Notes: generated by a model not told the origin, from the letters alone. A DNA stretch of 64,000 nt from Opitutia bacterium (GCA_947478395.1 CANJVR010000004.1:128001-192000), one strand, 5' to 3'. Counted from the stretch's first letter, positions 40,103 through 50,600 are shown. Translations and numbers: made by a program.

Positions 40103-41228
40103 TTAAGCGGCGCCCTTTTCTTTCCCCTTGGGAAGAAGGGCCCCCAAGCCCGTCGTGGTTTTCCGACGCTCGGCCACGTAGTAGGTCGCCGTGATCTTTA
40201 TTGAGGCGTGGCGAAGGCTTTTGCTCGCAGCGACCAAACCCCATTTTTCATTAATCAACGAGCCGCACTCTTTCCGCAATGTGTGTAGGGGGCACCGCGC
40301 TTTGACACCGTGATCGCGCAGCCACTGATTGAGGTTCTTAAAGCTACTTTCACAGCGGTAGTGCCGGTAGTTTTTCGGGCGCCGTGAGTTGTTCTTAGAC
40401 TCAACGATGTAGGGCCCCGTGGCGCGTTCTTTGAAGATTCGAAGGACATCCAGGAGTTCCTGCTCGATCGCGACGTCCCCGCCCGACGCGACGGTCTTCA
40501 GCTCGAGGAATTCATGCGCTTCAATACTCATATGGCTGCGCTCCCAGTTGATCCACGTCCACAGGGCCTGATCAATTTCCCCGCGACGCAGACCTAGGAG
40601 GAGACCAAAAATGAAGATTTTGAATTCCTCAGGGCGGTCGGTCGACAGCTCGGCGATCGCCAAACGCGTGAGTGCCTGGGCCTCGATTTTCGAAGAGTAG
40701 GCAAAGCCGCTCAAGCCTTTCACCGACATCGATACCTCGTGGAATGGCATGGGTGGGACGATGACGCCCAACTGCGCGATTTCCTTGATTACTTCCTCAC
40801 GGAACAGCGCCCGCAAATTGCGGATATATCCGTCCATTGTGACTTGAGCGTGCCTAAGTTGCACGGGTTGGTCGACGAACCGGGCGAGGTATGCCCGCTT
40901 GAAGTCCTTCACCTTGGTAAGCGTGATCGTATTCAGCAACTGCTCGTCAACCTTCGCTCTCCATTCCCGAATCCGAACGCCCTTGGCTTTGCCAGAGCCG
41001 ATACCGGACATCCAAGCTACCAGGGTTCTGAGTTTCGAAATGTAGCTGATAAAGGTTGTCCCCGACGTGAAGAGACCCGTGAGAAGAGCCAGGCGAATAA
41101 ATTCGCCGACCGTGAGAACGGGAGCCGGTTTAACGGCCTTCGGTTTGTAACGCTTTACGGTTTCATCCCAGCCTACGCCGATGACGCTGAGATAGATCTC
41201 ACGGGCCTTACGGGCTGCGGCGTCTGAG
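40103..41228 (-). pseudogene. tyrosine integrase, 5'-truncated
   Basis: GLRRGEI, LKT, HTLRK and LRHASIKITATYY catalytic motifs. The frame stays open upstream of the 41011 ATG (DAAARKAREIYLS...TVGEFI), then enters the 41229 repeat and meets an in-frame TGA with no start codon. Confidence 0.8.
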
Positions 41229-41241
41229 GGAAGCCCCGGAC

Positions 41242-41412
41242 GGGGTCAGGTTGCCCATTTCCCCCTGTTGACCGGAGACCGTTCGAGGAGCTGCGGGCGG
41301 AAGTTTTAGGCTGCGGCTCCGAATAGCTTTTCAAGCGACGGTCGACGCGGAGATTTTCTTGGAGTCACTTCGCGCTCCGTTGGTCGGGGCGGGAAATGGG
41401 CAACCTGACTCC
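41242..41412. mobile_element. MITE-like element with 22-bp terminal inverted repeats
   Basis: GGGGTCAGGTTGCCCATTTCCC (41242-41263) versus GGGAAATGGGCAACCTGACTCC (41391-41412), one mismatch. Confidence 0.65.
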
Positions 41413-41599
41413 CTCCGACAACTCAATTTATTTTTTCACAAACCGAATTTCAAATTCATCTTAATTGTTATATAACCGAATTAAATCACTCGTCGAAAAT
41501 TTAATCGAATAAGGGGTAGCCGACATATAACAAATCACATCGCTAAAAAGTTTTTCGGAAGCACATTAGCATCCTTCGTGAGTCACTATATTGCGAAAT

Positions 41600-42469
41600 T
41601 TACGCGAGCTCAACGCGGGCGTTTGTTTCAATTATGTTTTTTAACCAAGCACGGAGTTTTTTCTGATCAAAGCAGCCCGCAATTTCCACATTGCCAGCGA
41701 TATATCCAGTCGCGCCGTCAAGCTGTAGTTCCGTAACGGTTACTCTTGCGACTTCGTCGTCACAAGTCAAAAGGTCTGGTCTTGCTGAAAAATCGAGTAT
41801 AAAAGTAAAGAAATATGTTGAGTTTGTATCAACCGATGATTTGCCATAAATTTCCTTGGCGCTACCACTCATGTTGCGATATCCGATTTGCTCCTTGTAA
41901 TATACCGCAAACTCTTTGAGGTCAGATATAGCTACTTCATCATACATGACTTTAACTCCATCTTGAAAGACAAAGTCCGCTGGAGTTCCATTGCTATTCC
42001 AGCCTTCCTCATACATGTTGAACATGTTGCTATCAAACAGTTGCTGGATTGAATCTTCCTCGTAGTTTTTTGGTATTTTCATATCAATTTCGTTTTCTTC
42101 GTCTTCAACTTGATTTTCTACTACTAATTCTTCTAAACTATTTTCATCAGTATCCGGTTTCGACATAAGACTAGATTTACCTGAGGCATTAATTTTTGTT
42201 TTTCCAGACAACCATGCGGGCAAGGTCTCGACGGTTTCAGCTAAATATCCATCCGCTATTTTTCTTAACACAAAGTTCTTATTGTAAGTTAACGCTAAAT
42301 ATAAATTCCAAAACCATAATAGGAAAACATTAGGAATAATATTTAAGACGAAAACCTTGGGCTCGCCTTTTAGTAATGGGATAAATGAACCGATCAATAG
42401 GCAGCCGATATTAAAACCAATTGGCGCATATACATCCTTTTTTTCGGGGTGGGTTAATTTGATTTTCAT
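41600..42469 (-). CDS. hypothetical membrane protein (AT-rich)
   Basis: N-terminal hydrophobic hairpin (APIGFNIGCLLIGSFIPLL...FLLWFWNLYLAL) and acidic C-terminal region. Confidence 0.7.
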   Translation of the reverse strand: MKIKLTHPEKKDVYAPIGFNIGCLLIGSFIPLLKGEPKVFVLNIIPNVFLLWFWNLYLALTYNKNFVLRKIADGYLAETVETLPAWLSGKTKINASGKSSLMSKPDTDENSLEELVVENQVEDEENEIDMKIPKNYEEDSIQQLFDSNMFNMYEEGWNSNGTPADFVFQDGVKVMYDEVAISDLKEFAVYYKEQIGYRNMSGSAKEIYGKSSVDTNSTYFFTFILDFSARPDLLTCDDEVARVTVTELQLDGATGYIAGNVEIAGCFDQKKLRAWLKNIIETNARVELA

Positions 42470-42765
42470 AAACTTTTTTAAGGCTTAAAATAGATCATAA
42501 CGGTGTTTGGCGACGCGGTATTCCGAAAGGGGCAAATCGAATAAGGGGGTGATCGATTCGTAATCTATCAAACAGCTGCATTTTTTCGCGTAAAGCCAAT
42601 TAGGCTCTTCTTAAACTATTGTTCGAAATTACTTGCTGCCCATATAACGTAACTGTGCATCAACGATATGCACTAATAAGCTAATAATAATTAGGCGATT
42701 TCACACTCGAACAAGCGTCCTCCTGACCTTTTCACAAAGAGCGAAGCTCTAGTTCATACCGACTT

Positions 42766-43200
42766 TCACGGTCCTGTTTTCTTGCTTTCCCCCTGAAGTA
42801 TTTTTCGTAGCTCAGACGCAACATCTGCATCTTGGAGCATACCTAAATCCTGAGCCAAGACTACGACGTTTTTACTCCTCAATCCCACAGCAAACCCCGA
42901 CAAATAACCGCCGCTTCCTGCGCTGCGAACGGAAATGATCAGTACATTGGTCGAATCACCATTAAGGTCGAGCAACTCAACCTTTTCAATCTGACCATCC
43001 CGTTCTATGAGGATTCCACCCGCAAAATCATCGGCGTCTAATCCTTTTTTCGCCTCTTCGTCGTCAGCTTGGTAAAACCTAACTGTGAAAGACCCAGTTG
43101 AGAGCGGTTCGAAGTTACCTTCCGCAACAACCGCCGTCAGCTCCTTGGAAATCCTGATTTTTTTCACATATCGGCCTTCGGCTCCTTGAGTTGAAGCCAT
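42766..43200 (-). CDS. PliI-family inhibitor of I-type lysozyme (signal peptide possibly frameshifted)
   Basis: VVAEGNFEPLSTGSF, RDGQIE, DLNGD, RSAGSGGYLS. Confidence 0.75.
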   Translation of the reverse strand: MASTQGAEGRYVKKIRISKELTAVVAEGNFEPLSTGSFTVRFYQADDEEAKKGLDADDFAGGILIERDGQIEKVELLDLNGDSTNVLIISVRSAGSGGYLSGFAVGLRSKNVVVLAQDLGMLQDADVASELRKILQGESKKTGP

Positions 43201-43617
43201 AAAACAAAGAGCTAAAAAAATAGGGCCTATTTCATAGTTGATTCAAAGATTACCAGACTAGCTGAGACATTTACAGGTACACCCCAAAGAAATTAGCCCC
43301 AGCAAAGCCCGTCTAAGCCAAAATATGGCAGAAATCGCAAATCTCGCAGTCCAGCCTCAAGTCCGCTTTCTCTGCACTCATTTCCAATCCGTTCCACTCA
43401 TCCATTTTTAATTCGAAGTAAGAACGTCGCCCTGCCCCCGATTGAATTAAACTTTTTTGGGATCTTTTGGAAATACAGGGGCGTCTAGGTGGTGATTACT
43501 CGGAAGGTGGGTCCAAAAATAAATTTAAGCCGATAAAGTTCTTGATTTAATTAAATGTCCGTGAACGTTCAAAATAGTACCAATCACGAAGGTTTTGCTA
43601 GGGAGCCGTTAAAAATT

Positions 43618-44058
43618 ATGGATCAAACAACAATTCTCAAAGAGGTGTCCGAATCAGTGGAAGCTTATCGAGAACATCCAGAATTCTTCGACGATGCTGA
43701 AATCACCATGGCGGCTGTTCGATATAGCGGAAGTTCGCTTGAGTTCGCCTCAACGAGACTTCGAGATAATGATAAGATTGTGCTTGCCGCTATAAGCGAA
43801 GATAAAGACGCACTAGAATTTGCGTCAGACCGGTTAAAGGCGCATAAAAAGACCGTTTTACATTCTGTCAAAATCTGGGGGTCTTCGCTACAATTCGCGA
43901 GTCTTGATCTTCAGGGTGATAAAACTTTAGTTCTTACGGCAATCAAAGTGAGAGCATCTGCCATTCAATACGCTTCCCCTGAATTAAAAGCCGATAAAGC
44001 GTTTATTAAGTCGGCTAGGAAGATTGACGACGGTGTCGATGAATATTTGCAAGTTTGA
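43618..44058 (+). CDS. DUF4116-type repeat protein
   Basis: Repeated (S/A)LEFASxxLxxDKxxVLxA units. Confidence 0.8.
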   Translation: MDQTTILKEVSESVEAYREHPEFFDDAEITMAAVRYSGSSLEFASTRLRDNDKIVLAAISEDKDALEFASDRLKAHKKTVLHSVKIWGSSLQFASLDLQGDKTLVLTAIKVRASAIQYASPELKADKAFIKSARKIDDGVDEYLQV

Positions 44059-44334
44059 ATGTAGGTTCTCATTGGCGAAACTAGTCATCAGGTGTAGAGA
44101 CCAGCTGCGGTGATCCCCCGAAATCCGGGCCGATCCGAAAATCAGAGAGAACCGTCGAAAGATCCTTCTGCAGTATTGCGAGGTCGATGCGGCCGCAATG
44201 GTCATGATCTGGAAGCATTGGATTACGCAGCTGCTTGAACTGACCGCAAAAACTAAACAACCCCCTCCCATTTATGTAACCTAATTTAGTTGATCCATTG
44301 TCCAAAGGAAGGGGTCTGCCTCACAAATATACAC

Positions 44335-45210
44335 ATGAATTTACATCCAATCAACGAGTCCATACTGGATTTGTATCAGTCATATCGTGACGGCAGTACA
44401 AGTGATCTTTTTGACCTGAAAATTCCTATGTTTTACGGAGTAATGGCACCTCGAAAGATGCTCATAATTGGCGCAAACCCATCCTTTTCCAAGGCAGAGG
44501 AACAGCATGAAAACATCATCAAATGGTCTGCGGAGCTGAATGGGCAGAAGCCATTTAAAACAAAGGAGGACTTTGATACTTTTTTTGGGTCAAGAGATAA
44601 TTTAGACGCAGTAGACAAAAACACAGCAGTGCAAGTTCAGGAGCTTTTCGTTCTGAAGTACAAAAATTATTTCCATGAAAAACTCGATCATCTTGCATAC
44701 GCGTGGGGGCAAGATAGAGAATCTATCAGTTTCAACACTCGGCCATGGAACTATATAGATGTCTTTCAGAGTAGGATCACGAAGTTGGACGAGCTGAAAC
44801 GGCGAATTCAGAAGGAGGAGCGGTCACCCAAGGTCGCGGGAACCACGTTCCAGAAGGAATCGGTAAAGATGGCATGTGAGCTTGTTTTGTCTGCTAATCC
44901 CGAGGTTATCGTAGTTTTGAACGCGTATTCCTGCAAGGTTTTGACGAAGCATGCTAGTGACCTTTTCCCTCCGATGTGCAGAGTCGACGTTAGGACAGGA
45001 GCCGTGCACAGCAACGGCCGGAATGGGCAGCTACGCGGTGTTCCAATATTTTACGCTTCGATGGTCACAGGACAGAGGGCCATCGACTTGGGAAGTTATC
45101 TGCGCTTGCAATGGTCAATAGCCCACGCGTCTGGCCGTCTCGCTCAGGATCCTTCCTGGAAACCTGTGCTTCCGAGCAAGGACGATGGTGAAAATACTCA
45201 TGATTCTTAG
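44335..45210 (+). CDS. hypothetical protein (weak UDG-superfamily-like LIIGANPS motif)
   Basis: 291-aa AT-rich ORF. The fold guess rests on one motif. Confidence 0.6.
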   Translation: MNLHPINESILDLYQSYRDGSTSDLFDLKIPMFYGVMAPRKMLIIGANPSFSKAEEQHENIIKWSAELNGQKPFKTKEDFDTFFGSRDNLDAVDKNTAVQVQELFVLKYKNYFHEKLDHLAYAWGQDRESISFNTRPWNYIDVFQSRITKLDELKRRIQKEERSPKVAGTTFQKESVKMACELVLSANPEVIVVLNAYSCKVLTKHASDLFPPMCRVDVRTGAVHSNGRNGQLRGVPIFYASMVTGQRAIDLGSYLRLQWSIAHASGRLAQDPSWKPVLPSKDDGENTHDS

Positions 45211-45341
45211 GTAAGTTACGGGGCCTAGTGGCACAGCTGCACGGTGGCCAATTCCTGTCACTGAAATCCAGTCATTGGGTTCGGCTATGACCGTAACCGC
45301 GATCACGCCGTTGGGGCCGGACGCTGGACAACGTCTTCGTC

Positions 45342-45475
45342 GGAAGCCCCGGACGTGGTCAAGTTGCCCATTTCCCCTATTGACCGGAGAATTTTCGAGA
45401 AGCTGCGGGCGGAACATTGCGTGGCGAAGGCTAAGGCCGCGATCGAGCGTTTTTCAAACGACGTGGATATTTTCC
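45342..45475 (+). repeat. diverged direct-repeat copy of 41229-41370
   Basis: Shared blocks GGAAGCCCCGGACG, GTTGCCCATTTCCCC, TTGACCGGAGA, AGCTGCGGGCGGAA and TTTTCAA.CGACG in the same order. Confidence 0.8.
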
Positions 45476-45518
45476 ATGGCTCGTGATCGAGCTGGAGGCG
45501 CGGAGGATAAGTGGCTTA

Positions 45519-45596
45519 ATCTCCGCGCAAAATGCGGAGATGGTTCTTGTTTGTGCGGAGATAACGGAGCAGATTCGCCGCATAACCTGCGGAGAT
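45519..45596 (+). promoter_or_regulatory. candidate operator array upstream of the Fic gene
   Basis: ATCTCCGC-N7-GCGGAGAT palindrome plus two further TGCGGAGAT copies at 45554 and 45588. Confidence 0.6.
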
Positions 45597-45600
45597 TAAA

Positions 45601-46719
45601 ATGTACATCCACCAACGCCAAAATTGGCCTCACTTTACCTGGAACGATGCCGTCATCACAACGCTGCTGAGCGATGTTCGGCATGCTCAAGGTCGCCTGC
45701 TCGGCCAGATGGAAGCTTTGGGTTTCCCTCTTCGACAGGAAGCGTCCTGGGTGACCCTCACTCAGGACGTGCTCAAGACAAGCGAGATTGAGGGTGAGAA
45801 ACTGGATACGCAGCAGGTGCGCTCTTCCATTGCTCGGCGCATGGGTATTGAGATCGCGGCTTTACCCTCTGTGGATCGCAGCGTTGAGGGGATCGTTGAA
45901 GTCATGCTTGATGCAACGGGCCGCCAGCGGGAGCCGCTGGATGAAGAGCGGCTTTTTGGGTGGCATGCCGCCTTGTTTCCCACGGGAAGAAGCGGCTCTG
46001 TGCGCATCACGGTCGGGAATTGGCGCAACGAGCAGAGCGGTCCGATGCAAGTCGTCTCGGGCGCCGATGGACGCGAAAGAGTTCATTTCGAGGCGCCTTC
46101 GCACGACAGGCTAAAACCTGAAATGACCCAGTTTCTCGCATGGCTAAATTCCACGCCGGCAACGGATCTAGTCCTCATGTCTGCCCTGGCGCATTTCTAC
46201 TTCGTTACGATCCATCCCTTCGACGACGGCAATGGGCGTATCGCCCGCGCCATTGCGGACATGATCCTTGCTCGCTCGGAGAACAGCTCACAGCGGTTTT
46301 ATAGCATGTCTGCTCAAATCCTGCAGGAGCGAAACGCTTACTACGATATCCTGGAGGCCTGTCAGCGAGGCGGCCTGAACATCTCGGCTTGGATTGAATG
46401 GTATCTTAACTGCCTCAAACGGGCGATAGGTTCGTCAAACGAAGTCCTCGGCCTCGTCTTGAAAAAGGCGACATTTTGGCAGCGTCGCGAGGGCGAGACG
46501 TTCAACGAGCGTCAGCGGGCCATCCTCAATCGGCTGTTCGACGGTTTTGAGGGAAAGCTCACCTCGTCCAAATGGGCGAAGCTGGCAAAATGCTCTCAGG
46601 ATACGGCTAACCGTGACATTTCTGATCTGATAAAGCGGCGGGTCCTCGTGAAAGATGAAGCGGGGGGGCGCAGCACCAGCTATTCGCTAAAAGAAGGTGC
46701 CGAGCCGGCAAAATCCTAG
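45601..46719 (+). CDS. Fic family protein (DUF4172 N-terminus, C-terminal HTH)
   Basis: Canonical HPFDDGNGRIAR motif; N-terminus MYIHQRQNWPHFTW. Confidence 0.93.
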   Translation: MYIHQRQNWPHFTWNDAVITTLLSDVRHAQGRLLGQMEALGFPLRQEASWVTLTQDVLKTSEIEGEKLDTQQVRSSIARRMGIEIAALPSVDRSVEGIVEVMLDATGRQREPLDEERLFGWHAALFPTGRSGSVRITVGNWRNEQSGPMQVVSGADGRERVHFEAPSHDRLKPEMTQFLAWLNSTPATDLVLMSALAHFYFVTIHPFDDGNGRIARAIADMILARSENSSQRFYSMSAQILQERNAYYDILEACQRGGLNISAWIEWYLNCLKRAIGSSNEVLGLVLKKATFWQRREGETFNERQRAILNRLFDGFEGKLTSSKWAKLAKCSQDTANRDISDLIKRRVLVKDEAGGRSTSYSLKEGAEPAKS

Positions 46720-46809
46720 AACGGATCAGCGTCGAAAATCCGCGGTCGCTGCGATTGAAGTCGTCAAAAGTGGTCAGCGGTTGGCGCTGCTGCGGAATGT
46801 AGGCAGGCC

Positions 46810-46845
46810 TTGACTACTCGCACATTTAAATGTCATTTTAAGTGC
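46810..46845 (+). promoter_or_regulatory. candidate promoter/operator of the TA pair
   Basis: TTGACT -35-like box followed by the palindrome ACATTTAAATGT just upstream of the antitoxin ATG. Confidence 0.5.
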
Positions 46846-47205
46846 ATGGAAACTGTTTCTGTCACCACCGCCCGCCAGAATCTTGGGGCTTGGTTGGCCC
46901 GCGCCGCCAAGGGCGAGGAAATCGGCATCATCTCCGGCTCGCAAATCATCGCCCTGCGCCCGGTGGCAGTAACCGCAGCAGACTACGCCTTCCAGGAATA
47001 CGGCCTCAAGCCGGACGAGATGAACCGCATCACCGCTAAGCTCCATGAAGAAGTTTCTACCGCCGCCGCCATCCCCTACGCCGGCAGCCTCGCCGCCGCC
47101 CTCGCAGCAGCAGGTGCTGCTGACCAAAAGGTTTCTCGCCCTAGCAAAGGATCTGCCCGCCACCGCGCATCCAGCAATCGACGCCGCGCTCCGCTTACTG
47201 CCTGA
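46846..47205 (+). CDS. Phd/YefM-like antitoxin
   Basis: METVSVTTARQNLGAWLARAAKGEEIGI Phd-type N-terminus; overlaps the toxin ORF. Confidence 0.7.
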   Translation: METVSVTTARQNLGAWLARAAKGEEIGIISGSQIIALRPVAVTAADYAFQEYGLKPDEMNRITAKLHEEVSTAAAIPYAGSLAAALAAAGAADQKVSRPSKGSARHRASSNRRRAPLTA

Positions 47206-47386
47206 AACGTGGGGACGACCCCACGCGCACCGGGGCGCTAGCGTGCGCGTGCTCTCACGCGGTGCCTATGAGATACGGGCCGGCCTTGCCCTACGTATCA
47301 TTTTTCTACCCATCGGCGACGAATTGCGCTGCGACTTCATCGGCACTCACGCCGAGGTTGAACGGTACCTGCGGAATCGCGCTTGA
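47114..47386 (+). CDS. RelE/ParE-superfamily-like toxin
   Basis: LLTKRFL...AYEIRAGLALRIIF...FIGTHAEV. Start is GTG 47114 or ATG 47045. Confidence 0.65.
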   Translation: MLLTKRFLALAKDLPATAHPAIDAALRLLPETWGRPHAHRGASVRVLSRGAYEIRAGLALRIIFLPIGDELRCDFIGTHAEVERYLRNRA

Positions 47387-47414
47387 GCGTATATCCGGCC
47401 CCCCCCAAAAGCCT

Positions 47415-47426
47415 GTGGGCCCACCA
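47415..47426 (+). other. 12-nt tRNA-Ile2 3'-end remnant (GTGGGCCCACCA), probable right island junction
   Basis: Exact match to the last 12 nt of the tRNA, in the same orientation as the 10529 fragment, at the switch from island genes to host-like genes. Confidence 0.7.
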
Positions 47427-47624
47427 TTGTCGCGAAGTGGATTATGAAAATGAGGCGATCGAAGTCCCGAGATGAAGACCATGGCCCCCCTCTAATTAGG
47501 GGTGAAATCCCGCGCGCAGCTGCTAGTGCGTCCGCGCGGTCGCTCTCCTTTGGCCGCCCCGGTTTTACCCGTCCCCGAATCCAGCGTTCTGCGAACTATT
47601 CATCCCGTTAAAAGATTTCTCTGT

Positions 47625-50600
47625 ATGCGCTTACTCCCCGGTTATCCCATTTTTCAACGTCTCCGGCTGGTCTTGGCCGGGTTGTTTGTTGCCACGACGA
47701 TTCGGGCGGCAGAGGCCGAGGTCAGCGTTATGCGTCCCGCCGACTGGCAGGACCGCACGACGCTCACGAGCGGTTGGCAATTCGTGCGGAAGGATTTGGG
47801 CGGGGTATGGGAAACTTTGCGCAGCAAGGATCGCGCCCTCGATCTGCCCGCATGGTCCACGGTTGAACTCCCGCACTGTTACAACGCGACCGACGCCGTC
47901 GATCCGGACGGAGCGTACTACCAAGGTCCGGCGTGGTATCGCACCGAACTCAAAATTGAAAATCCCCACGTCAACGGTCGGACGCTGCTTCACTTCGAGG
48001 GGGCGGGACAAAAGGCGCAAATCTGGATCGGAGACGAGAAAGTCTCGGAGCACGTCGGCGGCTACGATGAATTCACGGTCGATATCACTGACGCGATCGC
48101 GCGGTATCGTTCCTCCGCGTTGGCGAAACTTCCCGCCACGGAATCTCGCATCGCCCCCGGATCGGTGCCGTTGGCGGTGCGGTGTGACAACTCACGCGAC
48201 CTGGAAGCGATCCCGTCAAATCTCAGCGATTTTAATCTCTATGGCGGACTCTATCGTCCGGTCCACTTGGTTTACCTGCCTGCCGGGGGTATCACGCGCA
48301 TTCACGCCAAACCGGAACGCCAATCGGACGGTTCATGGCAAGTGAGCGTCTCAGGGCGCTTTGAATCGTCGGTCGTCCAAGACGGACTGCGGTTGGTGAA
48401 AATGCACCTTGTGGGGCCGGACGGGAAAATTCTCGCGGAGGCCGAAGCGCGCATTAACTCCGCCGATGGCGAACAAGCTCTGGCGACGTTCCGGATTCCT
48501 CGCCCCGAGTTGTGGTCGCCCGAAGCGCCTTCGCTTTACGGCATCGAAGTCACGGCGGTCACGTCGGGTGGTCGGAGTCGCGCGTGGGAACGGTTCGGGC
48601 TGCGTTGGTTTGAATTTGTCGATCAAGGGCCGTTCAAGCTGAACGGCACACGCTTGTTATTGCGCGGGACGCATCGCCACGAAGATCACGTGGGTGTTGG
48701 CGCCGCGATGAGTGAGACGCAAATGGAGGCGGAGATGCGACTGATGAAATCGATGGGCGTTAATTTCATTCGGCTCGGACATTATCAACAGTCGCGCCGG
48801 ATTCTGGAGTTGTGCGACGAGTTGGGCATCATCGTGTGGGAGGAAATTCCCTGGTGTCGCGGCGGTCTTGGCGGCGACCGCTACCGCGAGCAAGCGCTCG
48901 CCATGCTGCGCGCCATGATCGGCCAGCACTTCAACCATCCCGCCGTGGTCTTGTGGGGATTGGGGAACGAGAACGACTGGCCCGGCGATTTTGAGGTTTT
49001 CGAACAGGAAAAAATTCGCGCCTTCATGAGTGAGTTGAATGCGCTGGCGCACCGGCTCGATCCCTCGCGGGTCACGGCGATCCGCCGCTGCGATTTTTGC
49101 CGCGATATTCCGGACGTTTACTCGCCTTCCATTTGGGCGGGTTGGTATCGGGGGCAGTTCACCGAGTATCGCGACGTATCGCTCAAGGAGTCGAAGACGG
49201 TGAAACATTTTCTGCACGTCGAATGGGGCGGAGACAGTCACGCGGGGCGATTTGCGGAGGATCCTTATTCCCTTTTGCGCGAGGTGAAGAAGACCGGTGC
49301 GGCGGACGAGCGCGGACTCGAGTTCATGGACATCGGCGGCAATGCGCGCGTTTCGCGCGACGGAGACTGGTCCGAGACCTACATCTGCGACCTAATCGAC
49401 TGGCATCTGAAAGAGCAGGAGAAAATGGATTGGCTCACGGGCTCGGCGATGTGGCCATTCAAGGATTTTTCGACGCCGCTGCGGCCGGACAATCCCGTCC
49501 CGTTCATGAACCAGAAGGGCGCGGTCGAGCGCGATCTGACGCCGAAGGAATCATTTTACGTTTACCAATCCTATTGGACCCGCGAGCCCATGGTGCGAAT
49601 TCACGGCCACGCGTGGGCGGTGCGCTGGGGGAAGGCCGGCGAAAAGCGGATGATGCGAATCTATTCCAATTGCGACGAAGTGGAGCTGTGGCTGAACGGG
49701 ATTTCGCAAGGCGTCCATCGGCGCGATAGTCAGGATTTTCCGGCCGCTGGGCTCCGCTGGCAGTTGGCGTTCGAGGAAGGAATGAACACCGTGCGCACGG
49801 TCGGACGCATAAAAGAAAAAACGGTGAGCGACGAAGTCACCTTTCGGTACGAGACCAGGGCGCCCGGGAAGCCCCACCATTTGCGGCTGCAGGCCTTCGC
49901 GCTGCCCAATCAAGCGTGGCGCATCCAGGCTGAGCTGCTCGACGCCGCCGGCGTCGTCTGCGTCGAGGCGCGCGATTTCGTTCGTTTTGGCCAGACCGGC
50001 GACGGGAAATTATTGGACAATCTGGGTACCGCGCGTGGCTCGCGTTACGTCCAGTTTGCCAACGGTCGCGCCCAGATCGATATCGTGCTCGCCGCGTCGA
50101 TGCATGCGGTCGTGAGTGCGCAGGTGACGGGGATGCCCACCGCATTTATGGGCGTGGACCAGCCGGATGAATCCAAAATTAAGGCGGCAGCGCGGTTGCA
50201 GGCGTCTCCCTCGGCTCAGCTCTTCGCGGACGTGGTAAAAATCGAACGTGACCGCGCCTTGCGGCTGGGGGCCGTGGCGATGAAGGCCGAGCCCGTTTCG
50301 ATCCGATCGGTGCCGTTGCCCGAATTTGCGCGCAAGAGTGGGGCGGTGCCCGGCGACTTTCTTTCCATGGGCGACTACTGGTGGCCGAATCCGGCGAGTA
50401 AAGACGGACTGCCCTACGTGCGGCGCGATGGAGAAACCAACCCCGAGAATTTTGAAACGCATCGGCTCCAGTTGCGCGAAATGCGTGACACCGTGGCGGC
50501 GCTGGCGGCCGCATATTTGGTGTCGAACGACGCGAGCTATGCGAATCGGGCCTCGGCCTGGCTGAAAATGTTCTTCGTCGACCCGGCCACCCGCATGAAT

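Larger units (their letters stand above)
10529..47426. mobile_element. composite genomic island (probable integrative, possibly mobilizable, element plus accreted cargo) inserted at tRNA-Ile2
   Basis: Bounded by the tRNA 5' fragment and the tRNA 3'-end remnant GTGGGCCCACCA. Contains a tyrosine integrase, xis-like gene, relaxase-like ORF, defence genes, TA pair and AT-rich patches. Host-like genes lie on both sides. Confidence 0.85.

Noticed and set aside
41420..45340. Integron cassette array
   Set aside because: Genes are in mixed orientation, no recurring attC-like RYYYAAC...GTTRRRY units were seen, and the integrase looks island-type rather than IntI.
10571..47414. Prophage or self-transmissible ICE
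   Set aside because: No capsid, terminase, tail or T4SS genes recognised.
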